A DNA stretch of 64,000 nucleotides, from contig NC_134468.1 of the NCBI RefSeq assembly GCF_964194025.1, positions 2,046,001 through 2,110,000 on the forward strand, given 5' to 3'. Each line of letters starts with the position of its first letter. Position 1 is the stretch's first letter. The stretch is from Convolutriloba macropyga. Taxonomy: Eukaryota. The position numbers and the translations under genes are program-made. This document shows, piece after piece, positions 35,501-47,500 of the stretch. The notes below the pieces were generated by a model, which saw only the letters and a program-made list of their open reading frames with translations, did no database searches and had not been told where the DNA came from.

Positions 35501-38500
35501 CAAAATTTGTTGTAATTTTTTAAATTTAAAATTGCCTCGCGAAATTTGTATGCTTCGTTGGGTTCCTTCATGCATGACGGTCGAATATAATAAATTTCAC
35601 GCAGAACAAAGTTTTGTTGAATCTGGTCCTCCAGAAGCCGTATAATTGCATGTCCACCATGCAAGGTGGTGCTAAAACTCTTAAGTTTTTAAATCGGCTA
35701 CAACTTTTTATAGGTTTTTTTCACTCTAAATCTCCTTTTTCGCCTTTCATATATCTACATTAACCATAAAATTTTAAGTTGAAAAATTAAAGTTAAAAAT
35801 TATTGAGATATTTGGATTTGTTAACTTGTTTAAATCGAGGTTTTTAAAACTTTCAAAAATCTTTGAATCCCTCAAAACGTGTTACAAGTTTATCACTTTT
35901 GAGTTTTTGAGGGACTGTTTTTCGAAATTATGGTGATTTCTTGTATTTTGCGCATATTCTTTGTTGAAATTTTTCCGATTAAGCCAACCTACATTTTAAC
36001 CTAATACTTGAGTTTCAGCTCTCGCGCCCAGTTTTGATTGCGTCTGTGGGGACTTGGTTTTTGTTGCCTTATGTGCAATACCTCCACGTGATCAGTTTTG
36101 TAGTGTCTCTGTACTGATCATTGAAACGCCAATTACAAATCTTTGACGATCCACAGCAGTCGCTACCTTGCTGCACGACCACTGAGTCAAGTTTCTTGTG
36201 CTCTGTCAACCTCGTGGTAATATGGTGGCATGTTTGACAGCATAGGGGGATTCACAACCACTACAAGACATTTCATCCGAGATTTCAGATTTTTGATCTG
36301 GATAAAACCTAAGATTTCAGATTTTTACCGAAACTCGTAAGCGAAGTCAAGCAAAATTTCACTCTTCTAGCCAACATAATATTTAAGCGATATATTTTTG
36401 TAGTTTTTGTTTCAATCGCACGCTTAAACTGCCTATGTGATGCATAAAAAGTTGGGATTTCCGCTCGACTATTTTTCTCCAATGCTATATGTTTTTTTCT
36501 CTGTTTGTCAGCTTTTCTGTTTCCCGACAACAAGCGTTTCGAGATGTTTGTTTGCAATTTTCACAGTCCAAATTTCGAGGTACTGATGCTTCAACCATAT
36601 ATTCTAGTCTTTTGTAAGTGCCTCGTCAAAACTTTTCCAATTACTCGTGCAACAAAGAATCCTATGCACCGTGCCTTTCACAATATTTTCCTTATGTTGC
36701 AATGCGGCACAACTACGAAAGTTCCGAAATTTAAAGCTATCTTTAGGCTTACGGTACCGTCTGCATGAAACTTTTTTCCTTGCTAACATAGAATTCAAGT
36801 TTAACACATACATGTCAAGAAAAAGCAATTCGCCGTTTGTATCTAAATTTTCTAATGTAGATGCAAACGGCAATGCAATGCCTTAACTTCGAGCAGTTCT
36901 CCGCTTGTTGATTTCGTCGTACATACAATATCATCAAAGGAATTGTCTCTATCTCGAGTTGTGTTTTGTGTAAATTGTTGCTTTGACCACGGGATTTGAT
37001 CTTGTGTTAATTGTTTAATGACACGGGCTACGTTTTGGTTACAGATGGATGTTGTGGCTTTCATAGCGATCCGTTGTTGCCCTTTTCCGACACGGATTAA
37101 GATATACATTTAGGTTGAAGTCATTTGTGATCTCGAACGAATTCGGATTAAGGGCATTCTTTGGATCTGTTGCATAAAAAGAGAGTACACACGTATGAGG
37201 CTATTAAACATCAGGTTCCTGCCATTATATTTTCAGGCTGATATTTGATGCCTCAAAAGCAATCAAGTTTTATAATCAAATCATCTTTCGATAGAGACCT
37301 GAAATCCCACGTGGTATATGAGATTAAATGTAATGGATGGGATCCAACTATGTTGGGCAAACAAGCCGGCATATTACCACAAGGATAACAGAACATCAAA
37401 AGAAAGATTCACAGGTGGGTAAAAATCTGTTGAATGTCGTGGCGCCACGAATGACATTGAATGGAAAATTCTGGACGCCTGTCGGACTCTAGAAAAACTA
37501 ATGTTTATTGAAGCTATATGCATCAGCAAGCTGAAGTCGGCACTAAACACACGCGATGAATATAGGGGGCGGGAGCTCACGTTAAATTATTAGTTCAAAT
37601 TATAATTTTGACTAGATGAGGATAAATAGGGCAAATAACATTTTGTTCATGACAAAACGAAATTTGCAAAACCTCCACAAGAGGGATACTTAAGTTTAGG
37701 GCAAATTCGGAATAGCCTTAAAAATACAATAACATGGCCAAAATCGAAAAATCAGGAATAGGAATGTTTTTAAATAAGTCGATAACAGATGTAAATATGA
37801 GTTGTAAATAGGCTAAATATTGTATATAAGGAAAAAATTTTGGTTGAATTTCTTAGAATAGTTCCTAGAATTGTTTTAAGTGTGGTCTCAGACAAATGTA
37901 AATACATATTCATTTTTATCTTTTAACAATTTGTAAAACAGTTTTAACCTGACGATGAACGTAAAGTTCGAAAACGTTTGTTTTTAATATCGGAAATAAT
38001 TTTAATTTGACAAGTCGGTTTCTTTCACAATAAAGTCTTACACTGCTAATGTTTTGCTGCTCACTGGCCTATCACGTGTAAGATTCCGAAGGTCTTAACT
38101 GCGAAAGCAAGGAGTGATTATGGCTTCCGAGCGAACAGTGTGTTGAATCACCTTCATCCAAGTTAACTTGCTCAAGTTCAACTTGTTAATAATATTAACA
38201 CAAGATTTAGGGAATAAGCAAGAGAAGTTTTTAAGTTCCCAAATCAAATTTAACAGTCATTCAGTTCGAGTTTTTTTTTGATGTTTCTACAATCAGCGCA
38301 GTTGCATGTCAATCGCCAGGAACACATGTCCATCTCGTTAAAACTGCGGTTGAAATAGCTCAGATACGCCGTCGAAAGTTTCGTCTTGTAACTGCAAAGC
38401 TTGGCCACATCCACACCGAAATACTGTCCAAAGAGGTTAGCGAAAGTCGTGGCTCGAAGCCAAAAGTCTCCTTCTTGCTTGCTCCTCTTTCATTTCTTTG

Positions 38501-41500
38501 CACTTGTATTGTACTGATGACCTTCTTATTAATCTTTACAATTTCCACTTTGGATTTCCAGTCTAGCCGAAACTTTTCGTTGAAATAAAGGTTAGTAGAA
38601 CATGTAGCTCATGATAGAGCGACACAGGAAGTAGCTTCAATTTCTGGAGTCTTTTTTTTATAGCCAATGGGACAGTATCTTAAAATCCATTTCGAGGTTT
38701 TCTTTTGTACACTCTCAATAATTTTCAGGTCGTTTTTCGTGCTGACATAAGCTGACACACCCATATTGAAACTAGACCGAAGAAAGCGAAGTGTCTTTCA
38801 TCTTCTCGGGAGAATTGTTTCATATGAGCCCAAAATGGCAGCAAAACTGGGCCTTTACAAATCTTAGCTGATCCCATTTCTCACGTATGGATTTCACTGC
38901 GTTTCTTGGAGAACTGAGATGACGTCTCTCAAAAGATTTCAGAAAAGCGTGGTCCGGTGGATAGCTTGAAACAATACAACCCTATGTACAGCACCTGCGG
39001 ATAATCAACATATTGCCTCTGCCTATGTTTCTGCAGCATAATGATCTACTTCTTTCTGCAAAATTCATGAAGGATGAACAGATTAGAACGTTGATACCTC
39101 CAGACTACGAGGGTCAGAACAGAAGTTGCGAACTACTTGAACTGCCTAAGAATAGAACCGACAAGTTTCGTGGAGAACAACAACGTGAAGGGATCAAGTG
39201 ATGAAGTTTCCTGAACTATCCAGATTCGGTGCTCGAGATTACTGCGATTCCTTTGCGGGGATTTTGTTCAGTAACATGAACTACCAAATGATTCAGACCA
39301 AATTTTTACCATTACTTACTTGATGAACATCACAACATTTCTTGGGTATGCTTGACTAATGAAGACGAAGGGCAGTGGAAAGCCTTAACTCGATAGGAGA
39401 GAGGACTGATTTGATCAAGAGGGTAATTGGAGTGGCTGTCATTTCTGAAGCTACAATGTATCCTTGACTGAAATATGCTGCAGGAAATGGTTAAATTTAT
39501 ATCAGATGACTCAAAGGATGTACGAAAGTAGTTAATTAGTAATATGAATATATTTTGATCTATTTTGGTACTGTGATAAATTAATTAATTCTTTGTTCTG
39601 TGTTGATTTTTATTTTCTGCTCTTGAGGTGAGACTAGCGAGAACTTGTTGCGTTAACTGATTCCGTTCCGTGCAGTACTCAGATGATCAGACGTCAGAAA
39701 ATGATATTATAGAAAAACAGATCTGATTAAAGTATTGTCAGGCCCTTATTGAAAAAGTCTATCGAACTACAGGCCTAACTATATTCGAACGGCTGTCATT
39801 TTTGCGCGCATGCAAAGGTGCAAACTATGCCTGTGGGGATTCAAATCCCTCAAAAACCGATCGCTAGTGGATAACTCCTGCGAGGCCATTCTATTAGGGG
39901 GACGTTTTAATTCGTTTGAAATCCGTGAGGAAAGGGAAGAAATGTTTATAATCTATACGCTTATAAGTTTTGACCTTAATTGTTCCGACCCCAATTGTGG
40001 GGGGAGGAACTATACTTTCAAATGGGTTTTTTTTATTCAGACAATTTTTGACGATCGATATATTCATCGTAGAGAAATGTGAGTGGTATCATTAAAAAGC
40101 TCGTCCAGATTAGAATTCGAAACTAAAAAGAATTTTTAAATTTCGTTTTTTCGAGGAGTTATCGAGGATTCAAGTTTTGTTTGAACACATGATATTTGAC
40201 ATGATTTTGCCCACTTTTGGTGTAAGTTTTCTTCAAATTTTTAATAAAATATAAGTGACAATATAAGAGACAATAAAATATAACAGAATATATAAAATTA
40301 TATATTTTTATGAAATATAAAAATGTCTTTTTTATAAAAGACATTTTTTATAAAAATATTGATTCAAAATTACAATTCACGCCTCAAAAAGAATCAATTT
40401 TGATTGCCTTATAGACGAAGGGTGATAAAAAGACTAGTTCCTGTCTCCTAGGGAAGTTAACTATCAAAAAATTGAAATTGTATTTGATAGCTCTTTTTTT
40501 AGAAAACTTTTCATATTTTTTTTCGTTTTCTTAAGTCACCTAGAGACTAGTCACTTTTCATAACGAGGTTCCGTTAATGACAAACATGATTGATAGTCTA
40601 ATGAAGCCCAATGAACAAAAATTTTGTTTTCAAGGATTCTCTCGTGTCTTTTTTTGGCTTCGACCCGTCGAGTTTTCGTAATTTTAAATGAAATTTTGAT
40701 TTTCCTTTTGGGTTCCACTAATTGTTTGGAGTCCTGTGACATAGACTCGTTGACTTAAAGTGAATTAGGTTTCGTAATGAGCATTAAGTGAACCTATCTA
40801 GAGCTTTGAGTGGACAGCTAGTTGCTGATAAGACTTTAAAAATAATTTTTCGAGAAATTTTTTAACATCAACCGATCATAAATTATTTTCGTGAATTGTA
40901 AGTCAGTCTTGGTAATGACAGGACGCCTTCTCTTTCTACTGCAACAAAAATTAATCTGGTTTGCGGTTTTCTCTTCAAATTATTTTTTTATGACTTCAAT
41001 GCCACAAGATTTCAAAATATTCTTGAAAATTTTTTGGATATTTTCTTATTATTGGTCCCTCTTGAAATCTTATCACATTATCCTGATATTGGTATCGCCC
41101 ATTGGCTTAGAAAATATGTGCAATGGAACATCGATAACGTTTTCAGAGAAAAGCTTATGGTGTAAAGGGCTTCGACACTTTCTTCGCGCACTTTTCCACT
41201 GAATTTTTGGGTTTTTGCCGGTATTTGTTGTTGTTTCCATAGTCATAAGACTTTTTGTGATGTCTTATTGATTACCTATGCATGCCAGATATCCTTGGCT
41301 TCCAATCGAGGGATAACAGAGCGTTTTAATTGACTTGCGTTGAGTGCTAGAATTTAATGGCTGTTAAGACTTTAGAAATGATTTTTCGAGAAAATTTTTT
41401 TAATATTGACGATCTTAACCCTTATTTTCTGAACTGTAAGTCAGTCTTAGTAATGACTGGACCCTTCCTCTCTACTTCAACAAAATTTAATCTAGTTAGC

Positions 41501-44500
41501 GGTTCAACTATTGGTGTTATGACTTCGATGCACCAGATATTTAGCAATTTTGGTTCCTTTTGGAATCTTAACACCTTATCCTAATATTGATAGATGCATT
41601 GGCTTAGAGCAGTCGTTCAATGGATCATACATAAAGTTTACTGCTAGTCAAAAGCTACTGATTTAAATGGCTTCGACACTTTCCTTTTTGCACTTTTTCT
41701 ACTGATTTTTTTTTGGCTTTTGCCTGTTTGTTGTTTTCATTGTCAATGACTTTTGTAATGTCCTATTGATGAGTTATGAATGACAAACATCCTCTTTGTC
41801 TCATCGAGGCTAACTTAGCGTATTTATTGGCTTCTCTTGAAATTTATTGAATTTAATGGCGTTGTTTTAATGTATTTGTTCATGTTTGTTGATTCATTGG
41901 AGTCAAATTGTTAAAAAAAGTACCCATTGCTGTTAAAATTAATTGAAAGAAGAAAAGTTTTATCTGAAAAAGATCATTTTTTAATGGCTTCGGCACTTCT
42001 CTCGCTCATTTTTTTTGAATTTGTTATGTTAGCCTTTTCTTATTCTTTAGCTAGCCGTAAAATGCTGACCGGTCTCAAAAGCTTGTAATTGAGGATTGAT
42101 TGAAAAATGTTACCCGAATTAGTCACTTTATAGCGAATAGTCTTAAAGATTATATTATAAATTTTAAGATTTTAAGGTTTTTTCAGTTTTTGTTGTTAAT
42201 ATCGTCAACTTGTAACTGTCTCATCATTGAGAACTCCCATGCAATTCCCTGTAATTTAAAACTTAACGTGTTTACTGATATTATGACGTAACTCATGTTT
42301 TGTTTGTTGGACAAAATGCGCTTTCTTAAAAATTTATTTGAGAGGTGTATTTGTTTCTTTTTCTCCTGCTTCAGCACGATCGCGTAACAAGAGAACCCAA
42401 TGGTTTTCAAATGTGGCTAAATTGAACCTATTTATTCATTCAGTGTAACTTTAGCTGAATTAGTGTAAATTGAAATTAAAATACTTAATTTTCAGATAAT
42501 AGCCAATAATTTTAATGGCTTCACTAATTTGTGTTTTCGCAATGTTTGCGATTTTTTGTTCGTAATTTTTTGAGTTTTTCTGCATCTATAGTCCGTTCCT
42601 ATGGCTTAGTCTAACCAAAGGCAGGTTCTCTTGGTTTCACTCTGACTTTTTAGTGCATTCGTCAAGAATTATTTCATTAAAAGCTAATGGTTTTTAAGAC
42701 TTGAGTTTATTTGGTTTAAAAAGGTTAATTGATTTTTGAATTTCGTGTTACCTAGTCTCATAAAAAAATCTCATCTGCTGTGTTGTTTTTTTTCTCGTAG
42801 TCTTTTCAATGCAGATCTCGTTGTAATGAGTCATGGCATTATTTAATTCAATTATTAGTTTGGTTGTGTAACGATTTTTTTAAAAATTCAAACAACTATT
42901 TTTATTATCTCTTTGTCAAAAATTTAAGTCAAAAGACAGTTAAGTCAGAAATGTTGATGAGCGCGGGTCGGAACATCATGTGCGAACGCTCATTAACGAG
43001 CCTCCTGATTTAATTATTTATTTTTGTTTTTATCAAATAAGTTATATTTAATCAACAAAACTTGGGGCCGTTTTATTAAACTTATTTCTTTTTTTCAATT
43101 TTTTAATTGTCAATATTTGTAGTTATACATAGGATGTGACTTGCGACCCCCGATTTGACTACTGTTTTAGGGGAAGGGCCTTTAAAATGAAAAGTAAAAA
43201 TCAAGTGCCTACAGAATCACTTACAATGGAAACCCCGTTGTGGGCTCGATCCTGGTCCTTCAGTCTAGTTAGCCAGTTTTTAGTTTTTCGGCCCGAATTT
43301 TCGGACTGACTTTCAACTATGGCCTGCCGAATTATCTTTTAGTGAAAATACAGCGTATCCTAACTTCATGCGCCCGGTTGGTACTCGTCTTCACTTGCTC
43401 GCTGTGAGCAAAAGAATGCTTTTGCTGACATTTTTTATTGGACATCGTGCTTATGACCATCCTTCAAAAATTCTCATGTAACTGTCGTAACTTTTTCATG
43501 GCAACTATTCTGTTACTTGACAACATAATAATCATGTCATGCCAGTTTTCATCTCTGAAGGGCAGTAATAATTGTTAGTGCTAATTGAGTGAAACAATTA
43601 TTATTCCTTTTCAACTCTGTTGATTTTAAACTTGATCTCAGAAGGAAACTGAAGGTATCAAAAAGAGTAAAGGTGTCTTGCAAATTGTTCAACTTAGATC
43701 TTATCTATTCGTTGTAGATATATGATGCATCATAGTGTTGAGTTTATTTAAGCTACAGTGAAATAAAAAGGGCGTGTTAGAATTGAGAGCCATCCAGCTC
43801 TGAAACTGCTAATGCATGAAGTTTTATCTCGTGGAGGCGTGTGGAATAATGAGTCATGGCTTTATTTAATTCAATTATTAGTTTGGTTGTGTAACGATTT
43901 TTTTTAAAATTGAAACAACTATTTTTATTATCTCTTTGTCAAAAATTTAAGTCAAAAGACAGTTAAGTCAGAAATGTCGATGAGCGCGGTTCGGAACATC
44001 ATGTGCGAACACTCATTAACGAGCCTCCTGATTTAATTATATATTTTTGTTTTTATCAAATAAGTTATATTTAATCAACAAAACTTGGGGCCGTTTTATT
44101 AAACTTATTTCTTTTTTTATATTTTCTAATTGTCAATATTTGTAGTTATACATAGGATTTGACTTCCGACCCCCGATTTGACTACACTTTTAGGGGAAGG
44201 GCCTTTAAAATGAAAAGTGAAAATCAAGTGCCTACAGAATCACTTACAATGGAAACCCCTTCTAAAGGTGTCAAAATGTCAACTTATTTGGAAGTAGTAA
44301 ATCAGTTATCTATATTTGACTCGTATCTATCATCTGCTTCTGATATTATCGATCAAAGTGTTCTGCTCTCCCTGCGTTCTAATGGACTAGGATCACTATC
44401 AGTTGTTTCAGATCTGCTCACAAAGCTTGAGCAACCGCTCACAAAAATTAGTTTTAAATGGTTTTCGGGAGCAAAATCAAAATTCGACTGGGAAGAAACA

Positions 44501-47500
44501 GCTTATGATTAAGTAAACAGAATCAAACTGCATCATATAGTTGAAAGCTACCACAAGAACAAAATTTTTGTAAAATAGAAAATTGCTTGGATTTCAGCTT
44601 GTGATTTTAATTTTTTTGCCAGATTATTGCTGTCTGCTGAAGTTTGTGCTTAAGTGCTAAATTTTCCCAGGCCCGTTGTGGGCTCGATCCTGGTCTTTCA
44701 GTCTAGTTAGCCAGTTTTTAGTTTTTCGGCCCGAAATTTTGGACTGACTTTCAACTATGGCCTGCCGAATTATCTTTTAGTGAAAATACAGCGTATCCTA
44801 ACTTCATGCGCCCGGTTGGTACTCGTCTTCACTTGCTCGCTGTGAGCAAAAGAATGCTTTTGCTGACATTTTTTATTGGACATCGTGCTTATGACCATCC
44901 TTCAAAAATTCTTATGTAACTGTCGTAACTTTTTCATGGCAACTTTTCTGTTACTTGACAACATAATAATCATGTCATGCCAGTTTTCATCTCTGAAGGG
45001 CAGTGATAATTGTTAGTGCTAATTGAGTGAAACAATTACTATTCCTTTTCAACTCTGTTGATTTTAAACTCAGAAGGAAATTGAAGGTATCAAAAAGAGT
45101 AAAGGTGTCTTGCAAATTGTTCAACTTAGATCTTATCTATTCGTTGTAGATGTATGATGCATCATAGTGTTGAGTTTATTTAAGCTACAGTGAAATAAAA
45201 ATGGCGTGTTAAAATTGAGAGCCATCCAGCTCTGAAACTGCTAATGCATGAAGTGGTATCTCGTGGAGGCGTGTGGAATAATGAGTCATGGCTTTATTTA
45301 ATTCAATTATTAGTTTGGTTGTGTAACGATTTTTTTTAAAATTCAAACAACTATTTTTATTATCTCTTTGTCAAAAATTTAAGTCAAAAGACAGTTAAGT
45401 CAGAAATGTCGATGAGCGCGGGTCGGAACATCATGTGCGAACGCTCATTAACGAGCCTCCTGATTTAATTATTTATTTTTGTTTTTATCAAATAAGTTAT
45501 ATTTAATCAACAAAACTTGGGGCCGTTTTATTAAACTTATTTCTTTTTTTATATTTTTTAATTGTCAATATTTGTAGTTATACATAGGATTTGACTTGCG
45601 ACGCCCGATTTGACTACGCTTTTAGGGGAAGAGCCTTTAAAATGAAAAGCAAAAATCAAGTACCTACAGAATCACTTACAATGGAAACCCCTTCTAAAGG
45701 TGTCAAAATGTCAACTTATTTGGAAGAAGTATACCAGTTATCTATATTTGACTCGTATCTATCATCTGCTTCTGATATTATCGATCAAAGTGTTCCGCTC
45801 TCCCTGCGTTCTAATGGACTAGGATCACTATCAGTTGTTTTAGATCTGCTCACAAACTACTTGAGCAACCGCTCACAAAAATTAGTTTTAAACGGTTTTC
45901 GGGAGCAAAATCAAAATTCGACTGGGAAGAAACAGCTTATGATTAAGTAAACAGAATCAAACTGCATCATATAGTTGAAAGCTACCACAAGAACAAAATT
46001 TTTGTAAAATATAAAATTGCTTGGATTTCAGCTTGTGATTTTAATTTTTTTGCCAGATTATTGCTGTCTGCTGAAGTTTGTGCTTAAGTGCTAAATTTTC
46101 TAGGCCTGTTGTGGGCTCGATCCTGGTCTTTCAGTCTAGTTAGCCAGTTTTTAGTTTTTCGGCTCTAATTTTTGGACTGACTTTCAACTATGGCCTGCCG
46201 AATTATCTTTTAGTGAAAATACAGCGTATCCTAACTTCATGCGCCCGGTTGGTACTCGTCTTCACTTGCTCGCTGTGAGCAAAAGAATGCTTTTGCTGAC
46301 ATTTTTTATTGGACATCGTGCTTATGACCATCCTTCAAAAATTCTTATGTAACTGTCGTAACTTTTTCATGGCAACTATTCTGTTACTTGACAACAATAA
46401 TCATGTCATGCCAGATTTCATCTCTGAAGGGCAGTAATAATTGTTAGTGCTAATTGAGTGAAACAATTACTATTCCTTTTCAACTCTGTTGATTTTAAAC
46501 TTGATCTCAGAAGGAAACTGAAGGTATCAAAAAGAGTAAAGGTGTCTTGCAAATTGTTCAACTTAGATCTTATCTATTCGTTGTATATATATGATGCATC
46601 ATAGTGTTGAGTTTATTTAAGCTACAGTGAAATAAAAATGGCGTGTTAAAATTGAGAGCCATCCAGCTCTGAAACTGCTAATGCATGAAGTGGTATCTCG
46701 TGGAGGCGTGTGGAATAATGAGTCATGGCTTTATTTAATTCAATTATTAGTTTGGTTGTGTAACGATTTTTTTTAAAATTGAAACAACTATTTTTATTAT
46801 CTCTTTGTCAAAAATTTAAGTCAAAAGACAGTTAAGTCAGAAATGTCGATGAGCGCGGTTCGGAACATCATGTGCGAACGCTCATTAACGAGCCTCCTGA
46901 TTTAATTATATATTTTTGTTTTTATCAAATAAGTTATATTTAATCAACAAAACTTGGGGCCGTTTTATTAAACTTATTTCTTTTTTATATTTTTTAATTG
47001 TCAATATTTGTAGTTATACATAGGATTTGACTTGCGACCCCCGATTTGACTACGCTTTTAGGGGAAGGGCCTTTAAAATGAAAAGTAAAAATCAAGTGCC
47101 TACAGGATCACTTACAATGGAAACCCCTTCTAAAGGTATCAAAATGTTAACTTATTTGGAAGAAGTAAATCAGTTATCTATATTTGACTCGTATCTATCA
47201 TCTGCTTCTGATATTATCGATCAAAGTGTTCTACTCTCCCTGCGTTCTAATGGACTAGGATCACTATCAGTTGTTTTAGATCTGCTCACAAACTACTTGA
47301 GCAACCGCTCACAAAAATTAGTTTTAAACGGTTTTCGGGAGCAAAATCAAAATTCGACTGGGAAGAAACAGCTTATGATTAAGTAAACAGAATCAAACTG
47401 TATCATATAGTTGAAAGCTACCACAAGAACAAAATTTTTGTAAAATAGAAAATTGCTTGGATTTCAGCTTGTGATTTTAATTTTTTTGCCAGATTATTGC

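Noticed and set aside
44159-47386. Three 117-119 aa ORFs as a tandem gene family
   Set aside because: Non-ATG (TTG) starts, chimeric content with a short RT relic, frameshift in one copy; they simply track the satellite unit.
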